A stretch of 64,000 bases of DNA, taken from NCBI GenBank assembly GCA_965202585.1, contig OZ241829.1, forward strand, positions 35,030,001 to 35,094,000, written 5' to 3'. Below the pieces are notes generated by a model. That model did no database searches. It saw only the letters and a program-made list of their open reading frames with translations, and was not told the origin of the DNA. A program made the translations under genes and the position numbers. Positions 13,733 to 26,635 of the stretch are shown piece after piece (position 1 is the first letter of the stretch; the number at the start of each line of letters is the position of its first letter). Source of the DNA: Thalia democratica (Eukaryota).

Positions 13733-14412
13733 TAATAAAATATAAAACAAAACGAGTAATCTGTTAATAATAAGTTGCAAATGGTATATAAAGAATATAG
13801 TATATAACTATTAGTTAAAAAAATCATGATTTAATTAATTTTTGTAAACTTTAAAAAGTAAATGTATGCAGCCGTGAACTTATGTATACTTTAAAAAAAC
13901 ACTAATATAACTAAAATAAGATATTTTTAGTGAAGTATTTTAAATTAAAAAATTAAACGTTATAAATATAGCAGCTGTTCAATAAAACTTAGATATGCTT
14001 TAATTAAAACAAAATGATTTGTAGTTTAAAAAGGAATTAAAATTCTCTCTTTTAAAAACTGCATTGTGTATAAACGAGTAACTGAATAAAAATAACATGT
14101 TACCTTACGTTCGAATAATATTAGCGGTGTACAGTCGTTAAGGAAACGTTCAAAAAAAATATTTTGAAACTATCTTTCTAGCAAGGATTACATGTATCCT
14201 TATTATTGTATTTGTGGTATCCATTAGCGTGTTTTAGTTCTTAGTATACTTAAACATATTCAAAATATTATCTTACTATAGCAGTTTTATATATTAGTTA
14301 TGATAGAAAAAAGTAAAATTTATATTTCAACTCAATAGATTTGACTTAAGATAATTCAAATAAAGACGTGGAACTTAACTTTTACTTAATTGTAAGACTT
14401 TACTTTGTTAGA

Positions 14413-14531
14413 CTTTGTCCTGGACATGACTTAAAACTGTATCCTAGTGTATGACTCGATAACCGTAAGGTTTTTTCGTACACCAGGTCCTTGGACCTAA
14501 TATTTGAGCGTTTTTTTTTTTCGTTCAATAA
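14413..14531 (+). mobile_element. Structured SINE-like dispersed repeat, copy A (opposite orientation to the other copies)
   Basis: Reverse complement matches the consensus TTTGGTCYARGGACCTGGTGTACGAAAAAA..TTCGGTTATCGAGTCGTACACCAC..TTGTCCAGGACA shared with 7 other loci. Strand assignment is inferred. Confidence 0.7.
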
Positions 14532-17500
14532 ACACAAACTTAAATTTACATTTACATAAAGGTATAGAAAACTATATAAGGATAATAAGTGTAAGAGTTG
14601 ACAAAAACCAATCGTCTATGTACAAAGCTGACAAGAACTCCGTTCACAAAAACTAAATTGACAGAACTTCGTTTACAAATACTTTAAAGGCTTGCACTAG
14701 AATAAATTCAAAATCAAGATTTATAACTTTAACTTTTTTTGAATGTTTAATTTAAGTATAAGTTACTTATTATTTATAACTTTTAAAACAAGTTTATTTG
14801 TTATTTCTGTAAGACTAAACTTCTTTTTATCTGAAAAAATTGTTATTTAGGAATAAAGTTTAATCATCTAGCTAGTGTGTAATAAAGTGTAAAATAGTGA
14901 TGGTTTAAAAAATTAATAATCAATATATTTATCAAAAAGCTTAAAAATTAAAAATTAATTTACAAAAAAAAATTAATAAAAATTTTAACAAGGTTTTAAT
15001 AAGAATACATAACAAAATTTATTAACACATAAAAACAAAAAACATTAAACTTTTTTGCTTTTTTTTTTTAATGGTTTATTACGTATAACTGCTTTTATAT
15101 AAAAAATATTTTCATTATTTAATTTATCGATAAACACTTAAAAGTTTGTTTTTGTTTAGACGTTGGCTGTCAAAATTGAAAATTAAAAACAAAGTATAGT
15201 TTCACTAATATTGTTAAAATTTTATGACTTTTAGTACTTTTTATTTTATCAATTTAAACAAAAACTTCAAATTTAAAAATTCTATGTCCAGCTTTTAAAC
15301 CTTATTGTTTAAGTTAGATAAAAGGTGGTTTTTGCTTTTTTACAAACTTTAATTACTTTATAAAAGTAGTGTTTATCCTTAACAGATAATATTTTAACTT
15401 GTTACAGTAAACACGATAGGTATTATGGTTTATAAAATAAAAATTATCTACAAATAATCATGTGATGCTATTTTATAATTTTGACGAATTTTATTTCTTT
15501 TACAAGATGAAAATCTTAATTTTAAATTTAACTCATGTTTGAATGAATTTAAAATTATGGTTTTAGTGTTCTTTAAAGTTTACCAGCAGCTTTCAAATTT
15601 AAAACAGTGTAAATAAATAATAGTTTATGCAATTAATCTTATTGCTAAAAAGTTTTCTGCAATAAGATAAAAAAGGAGGTTAAATAAGTTTCAATTATAA
15701 GTAAACACTTTATTATTTTTTGCTTGTAAAAACTTTTTTTTTTTTAGTTTAGAAGTTGAAATATTTATAAAATAACATAATTATACTAAAGTCATTATAC
15801 ATATAAGAACCATATTTTTCCTAAAGTTTTTCCAAAAATGTTAAACGTAGAAAGGTTTATGCAGTCGTATTTTTATTACATATACTGATAACAGTTAAGA
15901 GAGTTTTTATACTAATTTTATACTAATAGAAAGCTTTCTAGTTTTAATTTAAAAAAAATTGAGTTATACAATTTATAAAAAGTATGATGCATTTAAAATA
16001 CTTTAGAACATTTTTTTATAAGATAACCAACTAACTAGAGTAAAAATGGATGTTAAAATATGATTAAGATTAATTAAATTCAACCCTTAGCACTAAATTT
16101 ATGCTAAGTAAAAGTGTAGGTAATTATTATAAAACTCGTGTTTTATAATTACCTTTATAATTGAATAACAATTTTTTAATTACTAATCTAAGATTTTCAG
16201 TATTGTATACTTAAGTCAGTTTAAATTTTTTCTAAGTTTAACAGAAACCATTAGTATTTTTGACTTGTAAATATCAAGGACAACAATAATAAAAACCTGT
16301 ATTGTAGTCGAACCATATTTGTTCAAAAAGTTAGTTTAAAATAAGTTTTAACATAGAATCAATTATAATATTTGCTTTCATATGCTAATTTTTTTTTTCA
16401 AAAGTATTGCTTAAAATAAAATATTATAAGATACATCAAATTATTTATTTTTAACTAATTAAACTTTCTAATAATAAAACTATTCTAAAATATGCCATGT
16501 TTTTATCGTACAGTTTTTATACTTCATAAACAACATAATAAAATTATTTTGTAGTTTGAATAGTTTAAGCATTTGATAAGTGTATATTGTATTTCTGAAC
16601 AGGAACTTTATCAAATTAATGAGCAAAAGCAAAGCTAAACTAAACTTTCTAGTAAAACTCAAGCACGTTTAAAAAAAGTTTGTTTGTGATTTTATTTCGG
16701 ACTAGAAAAAGTCCGGGCAGTATGATGAATTTACATGTTAAGTATGTTTAGTTGATCTTTAAATAACAAGATTAACCGCGTGTAAACTCAACGAGAACTT
16801 TTTAATTAGATATTCGCATGTAACGCACGACGTTGCTGGGAAATTTATTTTAATCTCAAATAACATGCAAGTAGCTTTTTAATATAAAAAGATTTGTAAA
16901 TGTTTTTTTTTCGTTAAATTTTATTAGAAACAGAGCAAAACTAAATGGTACAAAAATATGTCTTTGATAGGTTGTTTTTGGACATTAGCCTCCTATTTTC
17001 TGTTAGGTTTGTTTTATTTCAACGCTATACATGCATTTATTACCAACTAGCATAAAATATAAAAATTAATTGAATTTTAGTGTGGTTTATTCAATTAACA
17101 TTTTTTTTAATAACAGATTTCTTAAGCTTAAAAAATATATGTTTTAATGCAAATTAAATTTTTAGTTTACCAAGCTTTTTAATACATTGCAACGTTTTTG
17201 AAGATGTTGTATAAAAGGGATTTGACTATATGTTATTGAAAATAAAAAAATAATGTAAAACTTTATATTTATTTTGATAAAGTCATTATTGTAGTGTATA
17301 TGGAGCGTTTTAAAGCAAGTGACACTGTCATAAACTATGTAGATTTTTTCAATTTTTCAAAAACATGTATTACTTAGTCTCTTTAAACAGTTTAATCTAC
17401 AAACGGAAATTATTTACCAAACAAGAATGATAAACATTTGCAGCCTTTCTAAACTAAACAATAATTTTAACGGTACAGGTTGAGTAAACTTGCAATTTAT

Positions 17501-19912
17501 TTGGGCTGTGATCGTGAAAATACAGTTTTTTAAACTCTATTTTGAAAAAAGAGTATTGAATTAAATGACACCATAAAGTATATTTATATTTTTAATATTT
17601 ACAAATTTTTGACGAGTAGTTTTGAAGTATATGTCAATAACTATTGGTACACTTTGAAAAAAAACACGTTAATTTAGTTTTAAAAATTACTTTGGTTGTA
17701 AACAAGTTTAGTAGAATTTTATACAGAGATCTTAAACTTTTTTTGTTTGTTCTTCGAAAAACTTTGATTAAAAAAGTGAATTTTTGCTTTGTTCACTGAT
17801 GAGATGTTTCTATACTACAAAATTACATTATTTTCAATTTTGTGTTATTTGTCTTCATCTTTACTGCTTGTTTTCAGTATTGATTTTTATTTCAAACAGT
17901 TGAAGATAATTTTACATAAGACGTGTACTCTTTTTTTTAATTCGCATTTAGAAATATATATATTTACATAAATTAGATTATTAAAATTTAAACAATTTAA
18001 GAAATATATAGATATAATAGATATAAGTAGTCAATCATTTTATACTAAAAATGCTCTTTAGTGGTTCCTGTTTAATAATTGTACAAGTATGATTTATAAA
18101 AAAGACAAAAAAATTAGTTGATAAAGTGTTTTGAAGTATTAGAACTTTACTATTATTATTTTAACTTCAAAGCTTAAACTACATTTTTATCTACTTGGAA
18201 AAAATAGAAATTCGATGAGTTTTTTAATTATTGTTTTTTAAAACAACTTAAAAAAATATCTTTTCATAAATTTTTTTTTATATTTAGTATTTCACTTAAA
18301 GTTGTTGTTAGAATAAGTTATTATTGGAATATAGTTTTGGAGTTTAAAGAAAAATTTTAAATTTAACAAAAAAAAAGACTAAAATTCATCCAAGCTTTTT
18401 CATCAAGTTTTATTATTCCAGCTTAAGCCGAGTTTTATAGATGGTATAATAAATTTAATACTTAAACATTTAATCAAATTTCTAAAAGTTTTTCATATTT
18501 TATATAAAAGTTTTTTCACCTTTTGACTGAGCTAAATCGTTTTACGATCGATAGAGTTGGTCAGATTTTTGGATTAATTGAAAAAAATTTTCGTGATTAT
18601 TAGCATAGTTTTTATCAAAACAGCAATTAATTAAAATATTTACTTAGCTAAAAAGACTAAACTTGCATATGTATTGCTGCAAAAAACCTGCCTATTCTAT
18701 CTTAAAAATTTTAAGCTTGTATCGCTAAAAATTTTGACTAGCGCCTGTAAGCGAGTAGTAAACTTTAAGTGAATTAAGTCTTTTGTAATAAAAAACTTAG
18801 ATATTTGTTATAGATAAGTTTAATGTCAGTAAAAGACTTTTTTTATGTTGGAGGATGATAACACATATTTTAACTATAATTTTTTTTTTAGACGATTATT
18901 TTCTTTAATCAAAGTAATATGTTTCGACGGTTAAGTATGTTATGTAAAAATAGCTTTGAATGAAAAGTTTATTCATTAATATAAAAATTTGTTATAAAAC
19001 TTTCTAAGTTCTTAATTAATTTTTAAAAGTTTAGCTAAACTGTATATGCTTTCTATCAAATTTATTTATTTATTTTCTACTGGTTTTAAGTTTTAAAAAG
19101 CTTTAACAGGCTGTTTGCTTCTTTGAGATTAGAGTATATTCAGTGTACAAACGTTTAAAATAGCTTGTTACCAATCAAATTTGTAGAGATGAGTAAGATA
19201 AAAAATACACTAAAACATATACCAATAAGGTACATATAGTTTTTGCTGTTAAGTATTTTATTAACCAGCGTTGGTTGGTTTTCGAAACCAATGAAGAATA
19301 TGTATTATATGAGACATTTTTCTTAGCTGAAAGCAATAATATTCAAACTCATTTTGCTTCAATTAACTTTCAAATCCAATGTCTTATGAACTAATATATT
19401 TAAGTAAAAAAGTCTTGTTTTCCAATTAAACTACTGTAAGAAGATAACTTTTAGAAGATCCATTGTACATTTTTTAAAAGTCTAACAAATGTATAACTGT
19501 TTTAAGCTAACGAAAAATGTCTTCAAAGTATTTTTTTATAGTAGAAATTTTTTTTATAAACAACTAATTTTATAGTTTTATTTTATTTAAATAGATTAAC
19601 TTATAAGATATTACATTTAACTTTATTGAGTAAAGATGACTTGAAATATAAGTACATCTTTTTGAAACCTGAACAAGAGTTTTATTTTTTAGCCTTTATT
19701 TCTCCAAACTTTACAATATAATGTACAAGTATTTTTTATCAGTTTTACTAATTTTTGCTACACAAAAAAAATAACTTATATTTTTTGATATAGCTTAAGA
19801 CATCAAAAGTAAAAACTATATTTATTAAATTAAAGTAAGAGTTAAAATCGAAATAAAATAGTTGAAAATAAGCAATAAAAAGCTATAAATTATACACTTA
19901 AATTTTAAAGTT

Positions 19913-20734
19913 TTACCATTCTCTAACAGCTTTGTCTGAAAAAAAATTTCCGTTGTACTCTGTACCTTGCGGCAAAAGAGCCAAGTAAAGCGGAGTTATG
20001 GCACCTTGATCCGGCGTTTTGCTGGCTTTCGAACCACCCATGTCAGTTTTGATCCACCCTGGACAACACGCGTTGATTACCACGTCATCCTTGCGGTCTT
20101 TCTTGAACTTTCTGGCGAAAATTTTTGTCAGAGTTGTCATTCCGACCTTGCTCATTCCGTAAGCCGAGTCGGAATAACCTGCCTCTTTGTGCTTTCCCAG
20201 CTTTGCTTTTTCGACAAAATCGTTCATCGTCTCGTCAAGCTGCTCCCTTGTAATGCTGTCAGACTTGAACAGCTTTTGCTTTTCCTCGCTGCACTTTTTA
20301 ATGCTCATGTGGCCTCCGAGACTGGAAACGTTCACCACGCGGCCTCCTGCTTTGACGATCGGCAGCAAGGTGTCGCAAGCGGCCGCCGTCGCGTGGTAGT
20401 TGGTTGCCATGGTCACCACCGCCTGCTCGCCGAACGGCGTCGTGTCGGCGCTCTTGTAAGCGATGCCGACGTTGTTGACCAGCACGTCAACGCCTTCGTA
20501 GTTGCTTCGCATGAACGAGCGGAGAACGTCGATTGATTTCTGGTTCGTTATGTCCAGCTGGTGGTACTTTGGCTTCAGGCCCTCGCCTTCCAACAGCTTG
20601 ATGGCGTCTCTTCCTCTTTGCTCGTCTCGTGACGTCAGGAACACGTCGCCGTCAAACGCCTTGCAAAGTCCTCTGACGATGGCCAGGCCGATGCCTTTGT
20701 TCGAGCCGGTCACCACTGCTACTTTCTTAACCAT
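19913..20734 (-). CDS. CBR1: Carbonyl reductase [NADPH], CBR1-like SDR, intronless, 273 aa
   Basis: Single ORF with VVTGSNKGIG (TGxxxGxG), NNVG, VNVSS, catalytic YGMSK (YxxxK), CCPGWIKTDMGG and the CBR-type helical insertion. Confidence 0.93.
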   Translation of the reverse strand: MVKKVAVVTGSNKGIGLAIVRGLCKAFDGDVFLTSRDEQRGRDAIKLLEGEGLKPKYHQLDITNQKSIDVLRSFMRSNYEGVDVLVNNVGIAYKSADTTPFGEQAVVTMATNYHATAAACDTLLPIVKAGGRVVNVSSLGGHMSIKKCSEEKQKLFKSDSITREQLDETMNDFVEKAKLGKHKEAGYSDSAYGMSKVGMTTLTKIFARKFKKDRKDDVVINACCPGWIKTDMGGSKASKTPDQGAITPLYLALLPQGTEYNGNFFSDKAVREW

Positions 20735-23065
20735 GTTTGAGATTTAATCTATATCCAAAACAGTTTGATAAATAATTAAAATCAATGTTAAACATAAAGA
20801 ATGATATTTATTAACTAGTAAAGATTACATTCATATACCTTTTTTAAAACTGTGTACTTGTTTTTTAGTTTTAACGCATGTTTCTAAATAATATTTAAAA
20901 AAGATGAAACATACTTTAAAACAACAATCTTAGAAAAAACGCAAAACTCTTGAAAAAAATTAGTTTAGAAATAAAAACTACGCTTTAAATTTTACAGTAA
21001 AAACTTTTATGAAACGTCTTTTGTTCTAAACTTCTTTCAATAAATTAAGTTATATATGCTTTAGCAAGGAGCTCAAACTTTGCTAGACTACTGCTTAAAT
21101 AAAAAAGTACGACTTATTTTTCAACTTTTATACTTCTTTGTATACCCGCTCCTATGATTTGGCAAATATTAACTTTTGAAAACCACATTTTACAATGAAA
21201 AAAGCGCATTGTCATCATTACTAGCTAACGCAAGCATTAAGGTGCGTTTAATATTTCTATACATTAGTATGATTGTATTTTTTGAGTTCATTGTTACAGT
21301 GTAAAAAAGTATAAGTTTTAATTTTTTGCAACGTAAATTAAAAATAAAATTTATTGATACATTTTTCGGCTAAACAAAAACATTAATGAGTTAGCTATTT
21401 TGTATTGTAAATTAACAGTAATTATTGGTTATATTAATTTAAAAATTTAACAAGTTAATTGTTTTAAAACTATATTTTTAAAACAATATTTTTTAAGCTG
21501 TGTTTGTATAAGTAACAACTTATTAAAACATAAATTAAGTGTTTAAGAAATAACGATATAAACTAATATACATAAACTTATTTCTAAAAAATTTAATAAG
21601 TAAAAAATTTCATTAGCACTTTTTACTCTTAAAAGTACAAACCTTTTGAGTTTTGTCAAGCCTTTTTAATTTAACTGCGTAGATCTTATTACTTGAATGT
21701 TGTGTGCTGCTCAGAACTATTTTAGTCGTTTTTAATACAAGTGTAATTTAACATGTTTTTAAATTTAAACCATTTAAGTTATTTGTATTATAAAAGATCC
21801 TTAGCAATAAAAGTAGCTTAATACTGAACATTCCACTTTGCATTCCACTATATTTCACCTAAAATATAGTACAAAAAATAAATACTAACACCTGTAGGGA
21901 TACATTCTTTATACTTCCTAAGTTTTTATTACTACATTATATTTTATTTAGAAGAAACCTGTTAATACGTTTACTTAGTTTCTGAAGTTAATACAGCAAA
22001 AAAACAAGCTGAGGTACCTAGGAAGTTTGTTATTTGTGTTCTTAAAAGCTGTTTCGTTTGAATATTTTATAAGCTTTATAGTCACCAAAGTTTTAAAATT
22101 AGTATCAAAACTGTTTTTTTAGTTTGGATAGTTATATACTATTTAGCTTAAGTTATATTTTAATAAAAGAATACTCTACCAGATAAGTTAAACAAAAGTC
22201 TCAAGCAAGTAACACCAACTGAAAGTATTTGAAAAACAAATTATCATTGATTAAACCTAGGTTCTGCAAAATAGGGCCGGCGAGTATTTAGTACTAAAAG
22301 TACAAAAATTTGCAGCTGTTAATTATACGTAAAACTTTCATGATTTTTTCAGTCAAAATTCATATTATGATGAGTTTCTCTCAGATAAAAATTTTTAACT
22401 TTATGTCTTAGAATATAAGTATTTATTTAAGCAAAGACGTTTTCAAATAATGGTAGTAGTAGCTCTATCATTTATATAAATATATCAATGAAAAAGTACT
22501 ATTGTTTTATTATTTTTGAAAATAAGCTTCGACAATCCTTAGTCTAGTTTGCTCCACGAAGATACAAGTACCTTAAATTTACAGAAACATTATCAATTTG
22601 TCAAAAAAAAAAGATACATTTAACTTTCTGTGCAAACTAATAAAAAAAGTTTTTTTTAATTTTCTCATAACGTCTCTAATTAAAAAGCATAGTACAATAT
22701 TTTCAAAATTTAATTATTATATTTAAAATGTTCACTACTTGAAAGTTTTGGTGCTATAATTTCATAATGAAAAAATCTACTGCGAAATTCCCGACGTGAG
22801 GTTTCACGTTGGAAAATTATATTTAGTATCGATTTTGTACACTGTTTAAAATAAGTTAAGTTTTTTATAGTGTGTAAGAACTGTTTTTTACTATAGCTAT
22901 TATTTACATAAAGTTTTTAAAAAAGTATTTGACTATGCATAAATACAGCTATTTTATTCAATTATTACGATTTTGTACTTTACAAAACTTTTAGAAACTG
23001 TAAGTATTTTTAGTTAAAAACCTTAAGTCATAAACTTTTTACTGCTTCATAGTAGATAATAAAGC

Positions 23066-23128
23066 ACGAAGAACTTTACGGTTATCGAGTCGCACACCAC
23101 GGATACCTTTTAATATCTTGTCCAGGAA
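23066..23128 (-). mobile_element. SINE-like repeat copy B (partial)
   Basis: CGGTTATCGAGTCGCACACCACGGATACCTTTTAATATCTTGTCCAGGA matches part of the consensus. Confidence 0.65.
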
Positions 23129-23635
23129 AAATAAATTACTAAGTATTTAAAAGTACGTTTTTGTTACAAAGTTTTTCATAAAAGCATTCTACATACAAAT
23201 ATATGTATATTTTTCATCCTTATGAAGTTTACAATTTTTAATCTTTAAATTTTGTTTTTAAAATTCAAACACTCAAATTGTTTCTGAAAGTCTCTAAAGA
23301 ACATTGTACGGAAGACGTGTTTGAAGTGTGCAAAGTTAACAATTTTAAAAAAGTAAATCTTGCAAAGCATTAGTAATTAAAATTAGGTAGAAATAATTTT
23401 ACACAATTGCTTACTCACGTTGTCAAATTAAAAGCATATTTCTAAATACCCATAGTAAAAAATAAATGTTGGTTTTTTTATAAGTTATTCTTAAGCATTA
23501 AATTTGTACGGTCGAAGATTTATGCTTAACGCTTACTGCTGTATCCTGCCGGTAGGTTGCACTTTTAATACTTTCCCAATGAATACTAAAACAAAGTAAA
23601 ACCGTAATCTTAAATAATAGTATATTGAAGAACAT

Positions 23636-23740
23636 AAAAATAAACGCTCAAAATATTTAGTCCTAAGACCGTGTGCAAAAAAGAATCGGTCATCGAGTTG
23701 TACAACACGGATACCTTTTAACGTCTTGTCCAGGACAGAG
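23636..23740 (-). mobile_element. SINE-like repeat copy C
   Basis: AAACGCTCAAAATATTTAGTCCTAAGACC...TCGGTCATCGAGTTGTACAACACGGATACCTTTTAACGTCTTGTCCAGGACAGAG. Confidence 0.7.
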
Positions 23741-25306
23741 TTAAAAAAGAGTATTAACATGACTAAAATATTTACACTAAAATAAATTTATTACTAAAAC
23801 AACTGTTTTCTTATGTTAGTATGTTAAAGATATACTTTTAAGTCACGTTATAAAGGTATATGAAACTTGTACGATTTCTTCTTCATCTAACGCCATTTAG
23901 AACTAAATTGTTTTTTTTTTAATAATTTTCAATTTAATTAAACTTTTATTTTAGATAAAAAACACTGAAGTTTTTACTTAGTTTTTTAGAAAATAATATT
24001 TAGCCACTTTATAACTTAGCTGTTGAAAATAAGTGAAATTGTATAGTTACTACAAACTAACTTTGTTTTTGTTTTTTAAGCTTAAAACAGGTAGTATAAA
24101 CTTGTTTTAATTAATTTTTGAACTTTTAAAAACAATACAAGTATATTGAAAACATCTAGGTTGTAACATATTGTGTTTTGCTACCATTTTAAGCGTATAA
24201 AGAGTTTTTAAAATCTTGTAAAATAAAGATAATGAGTTATATATTTTTTTATAAAATCAAACAATTTTTTTACCATTGGTAATATCATGAGTAGCAATGG
24301 GCGAAATGTGTTTTAGCATACTCCTTTTTCAAACAGCCAATGAATCGATACAACAGCAAACTACTGCAGCTGTTAAAAAATGCTTACACGAGTTAATTTA
24401 TGTTTAGTTTTATTAGTATGCAAGTGTTAAAGTTTACAACAAAGTTATAACAGTTAAACTTTACACAAGCTTCTAAAAAATTTAGTTGTAGTAGTATCAA
24501 CTTTTTTTTTTAATTCTCTTTAAACAATATTTTCAAACTTTAAAATTTATTTGTTTTTGTTTTATGTAAAAATTAATTTGTATAAGCATAAGGTTTATTT
24601 GAATTTCAATTATTCGATGACTTTAGTCTATTTAAATTGCTTACTACAACTTGTATACTTTAAAAATTGGTAGAGATTGGTTTTTATTATTTGTAACATT
24701 TACTTGATAGTTTTACGGGTTGGTAAAATAAAAATAAAATAATACTATGATTTTTTGTTATTTACCTAAAATTTCTTTAACTAAACTGCTAGTTTTAAAC
24801 GTTTAAAATAGTAATCAAAATATTTTTATAAAAGATCAGCTCAAACGTATAAAAATAGTAAAAATTACAAAAATAAACTTTGACTAGACTTACAACTACT
24901 GTTAATCAGAATACTAAATGTAAAAATAAAAAGAAAACTATCATATTCAATTAATATAAATAAGATCGCATGTGTATACATTGTTAGAATAAAAGCTCTA
25001 TGTTTTACCAAATAAAGAAATAGTTTTTTTTGGTTGTTATTTTAAGAAGGATTAATTAGCCTAGTCTAAATAGACTAAATTTATTGAAGTTTTATTTGAA
25101 GTCTTTCTTTTGTTTCATTCTTAGGGACTGAAATTGTTTTTTTAGTAAAACTGACAAATGATTAATACTATAAAACTTCAATTTTTCAAAGTATACAATG
25201 CTAGTGCAAGAACTGTATGTTTAACTTAATCAACTTAAAGGTCTTTAATTTCAATTTTAAGATCAGTTAATTTTATTTCAGACTAGTTTTAACACTTAAT
25301 TGAACA

Positions 25307-26635
25307 ATGGAAGAAAACATCGAATATTTATCTGGGTTTGGTAATGAATTTGCGAGCGAGGACAAAAGATGCCCGGGAGCTCTTCCGGTCGGTCGAAATT
25401 CCCCCCAAAAGTGTCCCTACGGCTTGTACGCCGAGCAATTGTCCGGAAGCGCGTTCACCTGCCCGAGGACCACAAACAAGAGAAGCTGGCTTTACAGGAT
25501 TCTCCCCTCCGTGAAGCATTCTCCCTTTAAACCGTACGCACAAAGTCACGGGAGGTTGATAAACAAGTGGGTGGAGGAACCGAACCCGAACCAGATGCGG
25601 TGGAACCCGTTTAAGCTTGTGGAGGGCGATAAAAAAGTTGACTTCGTTGATGGTTTGAACACTGTTTGCGGGGCCGGAGACGTTTTGTCTAGAAACGGCC
25701 TGGCAGTGCACATCTACACTTGCAACACCTCAATGGGCAACAGAGCGTTTTATAACTCCGACGGCGACTTTTTGATTGTTCCTCAGTTGGGAGTATTGAC
25801 TCTAAAGACAGAGTTTGGAATTATTAAAGTTAGTCCCAACGAAATATGTGTCGTTCCTCAAGGAATACGATATACTGTTGAAGTGGATGGTCCGAGCAGA
25901 GGTTACATTTTAGAAGTTTTTGGTGTTCATTTCCAACTACCAGACCTCGGCCCGATCGGAGCTAACGGGTTAGCCAATCCGAGAGATTTTCTGACCCCAG
26001 TAGCACGTTTCGAGCACTTGAAAGAAAACTTCGAGATAATCTCAAAGTACCAAGGCAAGTTGTTCGCAGCGACGCAAGACCACTCGCCATTCGACGTGGT
26101 GGCGTGGCACGGAAACTACGCCCCGTACAAGTACGACCTGAGCAAGTTCATGGTCATCAACGCCGTCAAATTCGACCACGCCGACCCCTCCATCTTCACC
26201 GTGCTTACCGCGCAGTCCACCAGGCCCGGAGTCGCCATCGCCGACTTTGTCATATTCCCGCCCAGGTGGTCCGTCCAAGAAGGCACCTTCAGGCCTCCCT
26301 ACTACCACCGCAACTGCATGAGCGAGTTCATGGGCATCGTCAGCGGCGAGTACGAGGCTAAGGCGGGGAGCAGGCCAGGGAGCGCCACCCTTCACAGCAT
26401 GATGACGCCCCACGGCCCCGACGCCAAGACTTTCGAGGGGGCTTCCAACGCCGAGCTGAAGCCCGAATTTCTTGCCAAGAACTGCCAGGCGTTCATGTTC
26501 GAGTCTTCGCTGAGCATGGCGCTCACCCAGTGGGGAAACGAGACGTGCGAAGTTGTCGATGGCAAGTACTTCAAGTGCTGGGGGGATCTCAAGGACCATT
26601 TTGACCCAAACTGGAAACCAACTGAAAGTAACTAA
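25307..26635 (+). CDS. HGD: Homogentisate 1,2-dioxygenase, intronless, 442 aa, animal-type
   Basis: [40 protein letters not shown]; [12 protein letters not shown]; [12 protein letters not shown]; [15 protein letters not shown] and TPHGPD (iron-ligand His/Glu/His present). Confidence 0.97.
   Translation: MEENIEYLSGFGNEFASEDKRCPGALPVGRNSPQKCPYGLYAEQLSGSAFTCPRTTNKRSWLYRILPSVKHSPFKPYAQSHGRLINKWVEEPNPNQMRWNPFKLVEGDKKVDFVDGLNTVCGAGDVLSRNGLAVHIYTCNTSMGNRAFYNSDGDFLIVPQLGVLTLKTEFGIIKVSPNEICVVPQGIRYTVEVDGPSRGYILEVFGVHFQLPDLGPIGANGLANPRDFLTPVARFEHLKENFEIISKYQGKLFAATQDHSPFDVVAWHGNYAPYKYDLSKFMVINAVKFDHADPSIFTVLTAQSTRPGVAIADFVIFPPRWSVQEGTFRPPYYHRNCMSEFMGIVSGEYEAKAGSRPGSATLHSMMTPHGPDAKTFEGASNAELKPEFLAKNCQAFMFESSLSMALTQWGNETCEVVDGKYFKCWGDLKDHFDPNWKPTESN

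Larger units (their letters stand above)
12821..13795 (+). mobile_element. Penelope-like retroelement (PLE) 3' remnant flanked by an inverted copy of its own 3' end (~400-bp arms)
   Basis: Left arm ~12821-13222 is the reverse complement of right arm ~13418-13795. The spacer plus the right arm encode the C-terminal GIY-YIG endonuclease typical of PLEs. Confidence 0.85.

Noticed and set aside
17796-17830. CTGATGAG hammerhead core start
   Set aside because: No stem II closing and no downstream GAAA.
15000-19000. Short AT-rich ORFs in the ORF track (e.g. 16480-16662, 17789-17971) and similar ones at 30446, 33035, 44715, 58989
   Set aside because: F/L/I/K/N-rich translations typical of random AT-rich DNA, often with non-ATG starts, and without splice or motif support.
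19967-26599. Overlapping or antisense ORFs on CBR and HGD (189, 70, 81, 127, 185, 85, 66 aa)
   Set aside because: Expected by-products of GC-rich coding sequence; no recognisable motifs.
25307-26635. Bacterial horizontal transfer or contamination for the intronless, GC-rich HGD
   Set aside because: The N-terminus ([22 protein letters not shown]) and C-terminus are animal-type, the flanks are typical host AT-rich DNA, and host exons elsewhere reach similar GC.
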